From IMG/VR virus record IMGVR_UViG_3300025016_000004: a DNA stretch of 64,000 nucleotides; one strand, written 5' to 3'. This document shows positions 19,304-28,237 of this stretch, in pieces (within the stretch, counting starts at the first letter, position 1; each line of letters opens with the position of its first letter). The notes under the pieces are model-generated. The model was not told the origin of the DNA. It made no database searches and saw only the letters and a list, made by a program, of their open reading frames with translations. A program made the translations under genes and the position numbers. Source of the DNA: a virus.

Positions 19304-19864
19304 ATGGAAAAAAGGACAGGCATCGTAAAACCATTTGAGTTTTCATTAAAGATTAATGATAATATCATTTGTCAAAGATTTTTTAGTATCAAAAATTATA
19401 ATAGTGATAGTAGAGAGTCTTTAGAGATTAAAGAAATGATGGATGAAATCATGGGAGTAAATCAAAATTTAACATTAGGCCTTATACCTGAATTTTTCAA
19501 GTACCAATGTATTGATAATTCATATAAACCTTACAATTTACAAAACAACAATTTGTTTAACAAAGATGATTATTTTACATTAGAAGTGTCCAAAAATAAT
19601 GTGAATAAATTGAAAAATAAAAACGGTCAGTTTGATATTACGGATTTAAAAAAAGACGTTATAGCTTCAGGAACGTTTGATGGTAATTTATTCCACCCAA
19701 ATGTGAGGTATGAGATTGATATTAGAGGTATTATCCCAGAGATTATTAATATAATCTCAAAGTATTTGAGCCTGAAGGAATATACACATCATTTTGGTAG
19801 TGTTAAATTAACTAGGCTTAATAGACTAAGTGCTTATGATTTAGAGAGAATAAAACAAGATTAA
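19304..19864 (+). CDS. Hypothetical protein
   Basis: 186 aa ORF tightly packed in the replication operon. Confidence 0.7.
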   Translation: MEKRTGIVKPFEFSLKINDNIICQRFFSIKNYNSDSRESLEIKEMMDEIMGVNQNLTLGLIPEFFKYQCIDNSYKPYNLQNNNLFNKDDYFTLEVSKNNVNKLKNKNGQFDITDLKKDVIASGTFDGNLFHPNVRYEIDIRGIIPEIINIISKYLSLKEYTHHFGSVKLTRLNRLSAYDLERIKQD

Positions 19865-19865
19865 T

Positions 19866-22316
19866 ATGAGTGACATCAACAAGCAAGATGGTTTTGGATT
19901 TTTAGGAATTCCTTACCAAAGAAGACTTATAACCCAATTAATCACAGACCATAAATTTGCTACAAATATAATGGGGATAGTAGACCCAAACTACTTCACA
20001 GATTTATATTTGAGAATTATAGCATCTGAAATAAAAAATGCGTTTGAGACTGATGAAGTTATACCAGATATTGAAAGCTTAGAATTTAGGTTAAATGGTA
20101 GAAAAGATAATGAAACTACTAAACTATATATCAAAGCATCAATAGCTGAAATTAAAGATGGTAACCTGAACGATTCAGAATATGTTCAGGATATGGCCAT
20201 GAAATTTTGTAAACAACAAGAATTAAAGAAATCAGTTCATGAAATTCAAGAAATAATAGATAAAGGTGATTTAGATTCATATGATGAATGTGAAGAAATA
20301 TTAAAAAGAGCGTTAGAAGTCGGAAGTGATAAAGATTCTGGAATTGATGTTTTTTTTAATATTGAGGCAGTTCTAGAGGATGATTTTAGAAAACCAATAC
20401 CTACAGGTATTGCTGGTTTAGATGATAAAATGGGTGGTGGTTTATCAAAAGGTGAATTGGGTGTTATATTAGCACCGTTTGGTGTTGGTAAAGCACAACC
20501 ATTACATTCTAAAATATTAACACCTAATGGTTGGACTACTATGGGTGAGATACAAGTTGGTGATGAAGTTATAAGTAGGGATGGTAAAGCGACTAAAGTC
20601 ACTGGAGTGTTTCCACAAGGCGTTAGACCAATTTATGAGGTTAGATTTAATGATAATACTAAAACTTTATGTGATGCTGAACATTTATGGTCAGTTAATA
20701 CAATCAATCAACGAAATAGAAAAACTAAAAAAAATGGTGTGATGGTTAAATTAGAACCTGATAATTCATTTAAAACTTTAAAAACTATTGATATGGTTGA
20801 TAAAGTTAGGGTTTGGGGTAATAAGCGTTTAAATTATAAAATACCAAATATCTTACCCGTAAATTTTAATAAAAATGAATTAATTATTAACCCATATTTA
20901 TTAGGTGTTATATTAGGTGATGGATGTATAACTGAACATAATCAACCCCATATTACAACTAAAGATGTTGAATTAATAGATGAAATTGAAAAATATCATA
21001 ATAATATTAATATTACTGAGCAAACACGAATGTTTGAAGTTTACAAAAATGGGAAATTTGAAAATGTAGAAAGAACCTTAACAAAAATTTCTTTATTAGG
21101 TATTAAAGATGATTTAAGTAGTTTAAAATTATATGGTTGTAATTCAGAAACTAAATTTATCCCACATAACTATCTATATTCTTCAGTTGAAGATAGAGTT
21201 TCGTTATTACAAGGATTAGTAGATACTGATGGTTATATTGGTAACAATAGAATTGAGATTTGTACCGTATCAAAAATGATGTCGGAACAAATCAAAGAAT
21301 TAGTATTGTCATTAGGTGGTACTTGTAATATAGGTGTAAAAATTGGTAGTTATTTGAAAGAGGGGGTTAAAATTAGATGTAAAAAAGCATATCGAGTTTA
21401 TTTTAGTTTACCAACACAAATAAAATTTAATCCATGTAGACTTGAAAGGAAGTTGAATAATTTAAGTAAAAGGTCTAAATATGCTAATAATAAATTTATT
21501 ACTAGTATTGAATATTCACATGAGGAAGAAGCTCAATGTATTATGGTTGATAATCCAGAACATTTATATATAACTGATGATTATATAGTAACACATAACA
21601 CAACCATGGTCACCAAAATAGCCAACGAAGCTTTTAATCATGGATATAATGTTCTTCAAATATTTTTTGAAGATATTCCTAAAGTGATTCAAAGAAAACA
21701 TTTATCATGTTGGACTGGGATAGCTCAAAACGATTTACCATTAAAAGCAAACAGACCCATCATTGATGAAGTCATGAAAGAAAAAAATGATGGTAAAGGG
21801 TATTTAGAATTGAAAAAATTTCCTAGTGATGGAACAACAATTCCTATGATTAAAAATTATATTAGAAAACTAGCAGCCGCTGGTAGAAAACCTGATGTAA
21901 TTTTAATTGATTACATTGATTGTGTATCATCAACCAAACATTACGATAAGGGATATGAGGCTGAAGGGCCAATTATGAGACAATTCGAATCATTATTGAG
22001 CGAATTTGATTTGGTTGGATGGACTGCAATTCAAGGTAATCGATGTGTTTCATTAGATACTATTATTGAAGATTCTAAACGTGGTAAAATTGAAATTAGA
22101 GATGTTAAGTTAGGGGATGAAATTTTAACTCATAAGGGTTACAAAAAAGTTACCCATATATTTCCTATTGCTAAGCAACCAGTTTATAAAATAAAATTAA
22201 AATCTGGTAAAACCATTAAAGTATCTAAAAAACATAAGTTCCCAACAAAAGATGGTGAAATGTTATCAATTGAAGATGGTTTAAAAGTTGGAAACATACT
22301 TTTAGGTAAAAAATAA
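19866..22316 (+). CDS. dnaB: Replicative DnaB/gp41 helicase, N-terminal fragment, with a contiguous intein and a split-intein N half
   Basis: PTGIAGLD..MGGGLSKGELGVILAPFGVGK|intein|TT, FFED, ILIDYID, WTAIQGNR then intein N; helicase C-terminal motifs are in 23519-24034. Confidence 0.9.
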   Translation: MSDINKQDGFGFLGIPYQRRLITQLITDHKFATNIMGIVDPNYFTDLYLRIIASEIKNAFETDEVIPDIESLEFRLNGRKDNETTKLYIKASIAEIKDGNLNDSEYVQDMAMKFCKQQELKKSVHEIQEIIDKGDLDSYDECEEILKRALEVGSDKDSGIDVFFNIEAVLEDDFRKPIPTGIAGLDDKMGGGLSKGELGVILAPFGVGKAQPLHSKILTPNGWTTMGEIQVGDEVISRDGKATKVTGVFPQGVRPIYEVRFNDNTKTLCDAEHLWSVNTINQRNRKTKKNGVMVKLEPDNSFKTLKTIDMVDKVRVWGNKRLNYKIPNILPVNFNKNELIINPYLLGVILGDGCITEHNQPHITTKDVELIDEIEKYHNNINITEQTRMFEVYKNGKFENVERTLTKISLLGIKDDLSSLKLYGCNSETKFIPHNYLYSSVEDRVSLLQGLVDTDGYIGNNRIEICTVSKMMSEQIKELVLSLGGTCNIGVKIGSYLKEGVKIRCKKAYRVYFSLPTQIKFNPCRLERKLNNLSKRSKYANNKFITSIEYSHEEEAQCIMVDNPEHLYITDDYIVTHNTTMVTKIANEAFNHGYNVLQIFFEDIPKVIQRKHLSCWTGIAQNDLPLKANRPIIDEVMKEKNDGKGYLELKKFPSDGTTIPMIKNYIRKLAAAGRKPDVILIDYIDCVSSTKHYDKGYEAEGPIMRQFESLLSEFDLVGWTAIQGNRCVSLDTIIEDSKRGKIEIRDVKLGDEILTHKGYKKVTHIFPIAKQPVYKIKLKSGKTIKVSKKHKFPTKDGEMLSIEDGLKVGNILLGKK
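20493..21599 (+). mobile_element. Contiguous class 3 intein (369 aa) with LAGLIDADG endonuclease, in the DnaB Walker A motif
   Basis: Starts AQPLHSKILTP, ends YIVTHN|T; W in block B (CDAEHLW), C in block F (AQCIMVD), T in block G; LAGLIDADG motifs YLLGVILGDG and LQGLVDTDG. Confidence 0.85.
22044..22313 (+). mobile_element. Split intein N half (90 aa), gp41-1-like
   Basis: CVSLDTIIE...GDEILTHKGYKKV...YKIKLKSGKTIKVSKKHKFPT...GLKVG then stop; blocks A and B only. Confidence 0.9.
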
Positions 22317-22383
22317 TAATAATCTTTTTTGTATTGCACTTAAACTTTTACATTATCGGTGATATTTATATTAAAATATTATC

Positions 22384-23526
22384 ATGATTAAAATTGACGT
22401 AGAAAATGTAATTAATAGAAAAACCATAAAACCCCTTTATCTAAAAGGGGTTTTAACTCAAAGACATAAAAATGAAATAAATAATATTTGTGATGTATAT
22501 AATAGTGTTACTATAAAAAATAGAATTAAAAATATACACGATTTTATAAAATATGATGTTGACGGTACAATCCCTTGGGTTAAAAGGTTGGAAATTATAC
22601 AGAAAGAATTGAATAATGATATTGCTAGTAAGTATGCCTTAGAAATAAGATATGGTAAGTGTAATGTAGATAAAAAGAGGTTTGAATTGGGGGTTAAGTT
22701 TTCTCATACTTTGGAAAAGTATATTGAAAAATATGGTAAAATAATCGGTAATGAAAAGTATGATGAATATTTAAGAAAATCTAAAACACCTTGGGGTTTA
22801 AAAGGTTGTGTGGATAGATATGGTGAAATAGAAGGTAAAAAAAAATGGGTGGAAAGGTTAAATAAAAAAATAAACACTCAAAATGAAAGAAAAAAAATAA
22901 AACCATATAGGAATGGTAGGACATTGAATGAATATCAAAATAAATATGGTGTAAAACTTGGTTACTTTAAGTGGAAAAAAAGAAATGAAAAGCAGAGTTA
23001 TAGATTCTCAAAAAAATATTATATAAATACTTATGGTAGTGAAAAAGGTAATATTAAATGGGTTGAGTATAAAAAAAGTATGGATAAAACTTCCTTAAAA
23101 AGTTTTATCAATAGGTATGGAGAAAAAGATGGGATTAATAAATATGAATCTTATTTAAGTAAAATTAATGATAGTGGTGTTTTTTATAGTAAAAGTTCAC
23201 AAAAGTTATTTTGGTTAATTTATAATCAATTAAGTGACGATAAGAAAAAACTTTGTCGTTTTGCAAAATTAAATGGTGAAGAATATTTCATAGTAAATAA
23301 ATTTGGTTTTAACAATATTTTAGTAGATTTTAAATGTGAGAATAAAATAATCGAATTTGATGGAGATTATTGGCATTTAAATAAAAAACAAATTGAAATT
23401 GATAAATTGAGGGATGAGTTTTTAACTTCTAAGGGTTATCAGATTTTAAGGGTTAGAGATAGTGAATTTGAGGTTAATAAAGAAAAAGTAATTAAAGAAT
23501 GTATAAAATTTATAAAAAATGAATAA
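22384..23526 (+). CDS. Free-standing homing endonuclease, Vsr/DUF559-like PD-(D/E)XK domain with N-terminal KYG repeats
   Basis: Repeated [KR]YG...G..K[YW] units; C-terminal VDFK...IIEFDGDYWH...DKLRDEFLTSKGYQILRV; lies between the split-intein halves. Confidence 0.8.
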   Translation: MIKIDVENVINRKTIKPLYLKGVLTQRHKNEINNICDVYNSVTIKNRIKNIHDFIKYDVDGTIPWVKRLEIIQKELNNDIASKYALEIRYGKCNVDKKRFELGVKFSHTLEKYIEKYGKIIGNEKYDEYLRKSKTPWGLKGCVDRYGEIEGKKKWVERLNKKINTQNERKKIKPYRNGRTLNEYQNKYGVKLGYFKWKKRNEKQSYRFSKKYYINTYGSEKGNIKWVEYKKSMDKTSLKSFINRYGEKDGINKYESYLSKINDSGVFYSKSSQKLFWLIYNQLSDDKKKLCRFAKLNGEEYFIVNKFGFNNILVDFKCENKIIEFDGDYWHLNKKQIEIDKLRDEFLTSKGYQILRVRDSEFEVNKEKVIKECIKFIKNE

Positions 23527-24034
23527 AAATGAAATTATGAATCTAGAGGGGTTTACTTTAGATGAAATAGAGAGTATTGACTTAATAGGTGAAGAAGATA
23601 CCATAGATATAACTGTGGATGATACCCATATGTTTTTCGCTAATGATATATATACACATAATTCATCGATTAATGCTGAAAATGTTGATTCAAGTATGAT
23701 TGGTGGGTCAATCAAAAAAGGTCAAATTGGGCATTTTATTGTTTCAATAGCTAAAGATTTAGACCAAAAAGAGGGTGGTAGAGCTAATATGGCGATATTA
23801 AAATCTAGGTTTGGTGTAGATGGAATTATTTTTACTGATGTAGTATTTGATAACTCCAAAATACAAATAACTATTGATGAAGGTAAAGTATTAAAAGCTT
23901 CAGAAATGGATGACTATAAGAATGAACAAGTTAAAGGAAGAATGAAAGATTTGTTCGAACAATATGAAAAAACTAAAGAAGTTTTAATCACTTCTGAAGT
24001 TGATAAAAAAGAAAAAACAGAGGATGTTAACTAA
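23519..24034 (+). CDS. dnaB: DnaB helicase C-terminal fragment preceded by a split-intein C half (23519-23662)
   Basis: ...EEDTIDITVDDTHMFFANDIYTHN|SSINAENVDSSMIGGSIKKGQIGHFIVSIAK...ILKSRFG. Confidence 0.9.
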   Translation: MNKNEIMNLEGFTLDEIESIDLIGEEDTIDITVDDTHMFFANDIYTHNSSINAENVDSSMIGGSIKKGQIGHFIVSIAKDLDQKEGGRANMAILKSRFGVDGIIFTDVVFDNSKIQITIDEGKVLKASEMDDYKNEQVKGRMKDLFEQYEKTKEVLITSEVDKKEKTEDVN

Positions 24035-27000
24035 AAAAGAAAAAAGAGTTAAATATTTTAGCGGTGATGATTTAGCCGCAACGGTTTGGAATGATAAATA
24101 CAAACTAGGGGATGAAGGTTCGGAAATTGAAGAATCTACGCCAGCTGATATGCACTTAAGAATGGCAAAAGAATTTGCTAGAGTTGATGGTAAATATCAA
24201 GTAAAAGAATTAAAAAAATTATTGGATAATCCAGAAATTAAACTTAGTGATTATGGATTTAATCGTAAAGATTTAACAGTTAAAGAAATATACGCTTTAT
24301 TGGAGAATTTTGGTAAAATAGTTCCACAAGGTTCTGTTATGTCACAGTTAGGTAATGACGAACAAATTGGTTCATTATCTAATTGTTTTGTTATAGGACA
24401 ACCTGAAGATTCTTATGGTGGAATTATGCTTAAAGACCAAGAATTGGTTCAATTGATGAAACGTAGAGGTGGTGTAGGTATCGATATATCGTCATTAAGA
24501 CCTAGTGAAACTCCAACATCAAATGCGGCCAAGAGTTCAACTGGTGCAGTTTCTTTTATGGAAAGATTTAGTAACTCAACTAGAGAAGTTGCTCAAAATG
24601 GTCGTAGAGGTGCACTTATGCTTTCAATTGATGTAAGACATCCAGATGTAGCTGATTTCGTTAAGATTAAGAATGATAGAACCAAAGTTACTGGTGCTAA
24701 CATATCAGTTTCATTAAGAGATGATTTCATGAAAGCGGTTAAAGCTGATGGGGATTATATTTTAAGATATCCAATTAATGAAGAAATACACCCTGAATGG
24801 GATGGATTGAATGAATATGAATATAATAAATTATATACGCTAGAAGATGCTAATAACGTTAAAACTTGGGTTAAAAAAATTAAAGCTAAAGAATTATATG
24901 ACCTTATAATTGAGAATGCTTGGGACAACGCTGAACCTGGTCAGATTTTCATTGATAGACACTGGGATTATAGCCCTGATGGTGTTTATCCAGAATATAG
25001 AGGTATAACTACAAACCCTTCATTGCGTCATGATACATTAATACAAACTGATTTAGGGTTATACCCTATAAAGGAATTAGCTGAAAGTGATGGGTTAACA
25101 ATCGTTAAAAATATTAAAAATGAATGGCAAGTTGGTAAAGTGTTTTTATCTGGTAAAGGTAAAGAATTGTATAAAATTACTTTTACTAATGGATATGAAG
25201 TATATTGCACTGCTGAGCATAAATGGCCGATATTGAATTCACAGAAAAATATTTTTAATAAAGTGAATGGTTCGGTTTTGAAAAAAAGGACTGATGAGTT
25301 AATGTTTGGACACCCAAAACTTGGTGGTGATAGAACACATTTAGAGTTTAACCCTAATTATGAGGGTAATGTGAGTTGTAAATTAACAAAAAATGATGGA
25401 TTTTTAAGTGGTTATTGGTTAGGTGATGGACACACTTCGATAACAACTGAGGGAGTTAAACAATACGGATTTATAGTATCTGATGATGAATTATTAGATT
25501 GTGGCGATAAATTACTTAATATAATCGGTGAAAATAAAATAAAAAACACTAACAATAATTTTAATAGAGACCATGAAAGTGAAGCATACTCACTATATAT
25601 TAGCGAGATTGGATTCAGAGAGTATTGTGATAGATTAAAATTAGGGTATGATAAAATTAATGGGATACCCGAAACAGTTTTCAAAAGTGGTAATAAATTT
25701 ATAAAAGGGTTTATAGATGGATTGTTTTCTGCTGATGGCTCTGTGTGGGCTAATGAAGATTTAGTACATAGTAGAGTTACATTAACAAGTAGTAGATTTA
25801 ACATAGTAAAAGACGTTCAAAAATTATTAAATTTATTTGGAATTTCTAGTAATATACAAGAGCGTAAAGATAAGTTAAATGATAAAACGTTTACTGGGTA
25901 TAATTTAGTTATTAGTGGGGTACACAGTAGGAAATTTGCAACGTGTTTTACTTTAACTTCTAAAGATAAACAAGATAAATTAGATACTATATTAAATTAT
26001 GAAAACACATATAAAGATAATAGAGAGTATTTAATTATTAAAAATGTTGAACCAACTGGTATTTTTGAGGATGTGTATGATATAACAGTATTTGATGATA
26101 CACACACTTTTAAAGGAGAGTTTGGTACGACTGGTAATTGTGGTGAAATATTTATGCAACCATATGATGCTTGTAGATTAATGGCATTGAATTTTTATTC
26201 ATTTGTAGATAACCCATTTACTAAAAACGCTAGAGTCAATTATCAAGCTGTATATGAAGCGGCCTACGAGCAACAAAGATTAGCTGATGATTTAGTTGAT
26301 TTAGAATTAGAAAAAATTGATAGAATTATCGCTAAGGTTAAAAATGACCCTGAAAGCGAAATGACAAAAGCTGTTGAATTACAACTTTGGGAAAATATCC
26401 GTAAAGTTGCAGCTTCTGGTAGAAGAACTGGATGTGGTTTTACTGGGTTAGGTGATATGATTGCGGCCACTGGTGTTGATTATGATTCTGAAGAAGGGTT
26501 AGATATCATTGATAAGGTTATGAGGGCTAAAATGAGCGGTGAGTTAGACTGTACTATCGATTTAGCAGCTCTTAGAGGTCATTTCGATGGATATAACAAC
26601 GAATTAGAGTATTCTGATGGTGTAGGCACCAATGAGTTCTTTAAGATGCTTAAAACTGAGTTTAAAGAGCAATATGATAGAATGATTATTTATGGAAGAA
26701 GAAACGTATCATTCTCAACGGTTGCACCTACAGGTTGCTTAGTTAAAGAAACTAAACTAAAAACAAATCGAGGTATCATTGAATTGAAAGATTTATTTTT
26801 AATTAATGGTATTGATATAGATAAATTAAAAAATGAAAAAAATATTTGGTTTGATATTGAAGAAGAAATAATGGTTTATGATATTAATGGTGGTGAACAT
26901 AAAATAAATAAATTATATTGGAATGGTTATAGTAAAACTAAAAAAATTAAATTGGGTAATAATGAAAGTGTTGAATCTAGTACCGAACATAAGTGGTTGG

Positions 27001-27080
27001 TTAGGGTTTCTGAAACTGAGGCTAAATGGGTTAGAGCTGACGAATTGAAAATTTCTGATAAAATTATTAAAATAAATTAA
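24024..27080 (+). CDS. nrdJ: Class II (B12-dependent) ribonucleotide reductase, N-terminal fragment, with a contiguous intein and a split-intein N half
   Basis: SLSNCFV, RRGGVG, QNGRRGALML, TGANISV, AEPG, TNP|intein|CGEI, RRTGCGFTGLGD, STVAPTG then intein N; ATG at 24024 preferred over the track's 24000. Confidence 0.88.
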   Translation: MLTKKEKRVKYFSGDDLAATVWNDKYKLGDEGSEIEESTPADMHLRMAKEFARVDGKYQVKELKKLLDNPEIKLSDYGFNRKDLTVKEIYALLENFGKIVPQGSVMSQLGNDEQIGSLSNCFVIGQPEDSYGGIMLKDQELVQLMKRRGGVGIDISSLRPSETPTSNAAKSSTGAVSFMERFSNSTREVAQNGRRGALMLSIDVRHPDVADFVKIKNDRTKVTGANISVSLRDDFMKAVKADGDYILRYPINEEIHPEWDGLNEYEYNKLYTLEDANNVKTWVKKIKAKELYDLIIENAWDNAEPGQIFIDRHWDYSPDGVYPEYRGITTNPSLRHDTLIQTDLGLYPIKELAESDGLTIVKNIKNEWQVGKVFLSGKGKELYKITFTNGYEVYCTAEHKWPILNSQKNIFNKVNGSVLKKRTDELMFGHPKLGGDRTHLEFNPNYEGNVSCKLTKNDGFLSGYWLGDGHTSITTEGVKQYGFIVSDDELLDCGDKLLNIIGENKIKNTNNNFNRDHESEAYSLYISEIGFREYCDRLKLGYDKINGIPETVFKSGNKFIKGFIDGLFSADGSVWANEDLVHSRVTLTSSRFNIVKDVQKLLNLFGISSNIQERKDKLNDKTFTGYNLVISGVHSRKFATCFTLTSKDKQDKLDTILNYENTYKDNREYLIIKNVEPTGIFEDVYDITVFDDTHTFKGEFGTTGNCGEIFMQPYDACRLMALNFYSFVDNPFTKNARVNYQAVYEAAYEQQRLADDLVDLELEKIDRIIAKVKNDPESEMTKAVELQLWENIRKVAASGRRTGCGFTGLGDMIAATGVDYDSEEGLDIIDKVMRAKMSGELDCTIDLAALRGHFDGYNNELEYSDGVGTNEFFKMLKTEFKEQYDRMIIYGRRNVSFSTVAPTGCLVKETKLKTNRGIIELKDLFLINGIDIDKLKNEKNIWFDIEEEIMVYDINGGEHKINKLYWNGYSKTKKIKLGNNESVESSTEHKWLVRVSETEAKWVRADELKISDKIIKIN
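25020..26138 (+). mobile_element. Contiguous intein (373 aa) with LAGLIDADG endonuclease, inserted before the RNR catalytic Cys
   Basis: NP|SLRHDT...CTAEHKW...GYWLGDG...GFIDGLFSADG...DVYDITV...TTGN|CGE. Confidence 0.85.
26736..27077 (+). mobile_element. Split intein N half (114 aa) in NrdJ
   Basis: APTG|CLVKETKLKTNRG...ESSTEHKWLV...WVRADELKISDKI then stop. Confidence 0.88.
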
Positions 27081-27084
27081 CTAA

Positions 27085-27120
27085 AACGCCCTTTGTTTTA
27101 TACTTATTACAAAGGGCGTT
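27085..27120 (+). promoter_or_regulatory. Perfect 12-bp hairpin just upstream of the endonuclease start codon
   Basis: aacgccctttgt (27085-27096) / acaaagggcgtt (27109-27120); no T tract follows; ATG at 27125. Confidence 0.7.
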
Positions 27121-27124
27121 AGTT

Positions 27125-28237
27125 ATGAAAATAAAATATGTAGAATATTATAATGAATTGGTTAGTAAATATGGTGAAGAAGATGGGTTAAAAAAATATA
27201 AATCATTTTTGAGGTCATCAACATTAGAAACTTATATTATTAAATTTGGTGAAAAGCGTGGTACAGATAAATTCAATAATAAGAAAAAGTCAGGAATATC
27301 ACTAGAAAAAATGATTGAGAAATATGGTGAAAAAGACGGTACTAATAGATATAATAATTGGTTATCTAAAATTAGGCAAGATTTACCAAATTTTATTAAG
27401 AGATATGGTGAAAAAGACGGATTAAAAAAATATAATGAATTTAAAGATAATTGTATTGTTAAAACAAAAATAAAAGAAAACCCCAACTCAAAATATAATA
27501 ATAGGTTACATAATACTAGATATGAATTTTTTTTAGAAGAAAATAATGGTGATATTAATAAAGCTAAAAAACAATTAATTAAAAGACAAAGAACGAGTGA
27601 TTTAAAATCTTTCATTAAAAAACACGGCTTAATAGAGGGTGAAAAAAAATATAAATTAGCTAATAAAAAAAAATCTAATAATATTAAGAATTTTATTAGA
27701 TTATATGGTGATGTTGAAGGTAATAGACGATATTTTAATTATATTAAAAAACTAAAATATATTCATAGTGAAAAATATTATTTAGATAAGTATGGTGAAA
27801 TAGAAGGTAAAGTTAGGTGGGTAGAATTGATTAATAAAAAAACTAATAATTTTATTAATGGTCAATCTAAAATTGGTGATGAATTTTGTAATAATTTATT
27901 TAATGAAATAAAAAAAGATGTTGATGATAAATATTATTTTTCTGAAAATGAATATAAATTCTTTATTCATGATGAAGAATATAAAATAATTCAGCCAGAT
28001 TTTTTAATTAAAGAAAGTAAAATAGTTGTTGAATTTTATGGTGATTACTGGCATAGAAATCCAGAAATATATAATGATGATATTTCAAAAATAATTAGGG
28101 AAAAAGATGAAGAAAGGATAAAAAAAATAGAATCTTTAGGGTATATCATATATATTATATGGGAAAAGGAATATCGTTTAAATAAAATTGGAGTAATAAA
28201 AAATTTAAGTAATAAAATAATTAATAAAATAAAATAA
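27125..28237 (+). CDS. Free-standing homing endonuclease, Vsr/DUF559-like, with KYG repeats
   Basis: Repeated KYGEKDG..KY units; QPDFLI...VVEFYGDYWHRNP...KDEER...LGYIIYIIWEKE; lies between the split-intein halves. Confidence 0.8.
   Translation: MKIKYVEYYNELVSKYGEEDGLKKYKSFLRSSTLETYIIKFGEKRGTDKFNNKKKSGISLEKMIEKYGEKDGTNRYNNWLSKIRQDLPNFIKRYGEKDGLKKYNEFKDNCIVKTKIKENPNSKYNNRLHNTRYEFFLEENNGDINKAKKQLIKRQRTSDLKSFIKKHGLIEGEKKYKLANKKKSNNIKNFIRLYGDVEGNRRYFNYIKKLKYIHSEKYYLDKYGEIEGKVRWVELINKKTNNFINGQSKIGDEFCNNLFNEIKKDVDDKYYFSENEYKFFIHDEEYKIIQPDFLIKESKIVVEFYGDYWHRNPEIYNDDISKIIREKDEERIKKIESLGYIIYIIWEKEYRLNKIGVIKNLSNKIINKIK

Noticed and set aside
27085..27120. Hairpin as an intrinsic terminator
   Set aside because: No downstream T tract on the + strand, and termination would cut off the essential NrdJ C fragment
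22317..28236. Group I introns as the explanation for the split dnaB and nrdJ genes
   Set aside because: Gaps flanking the endonucleases are only 0-70 nt, too short for a ribozyme core, and intein halves account for both breaks
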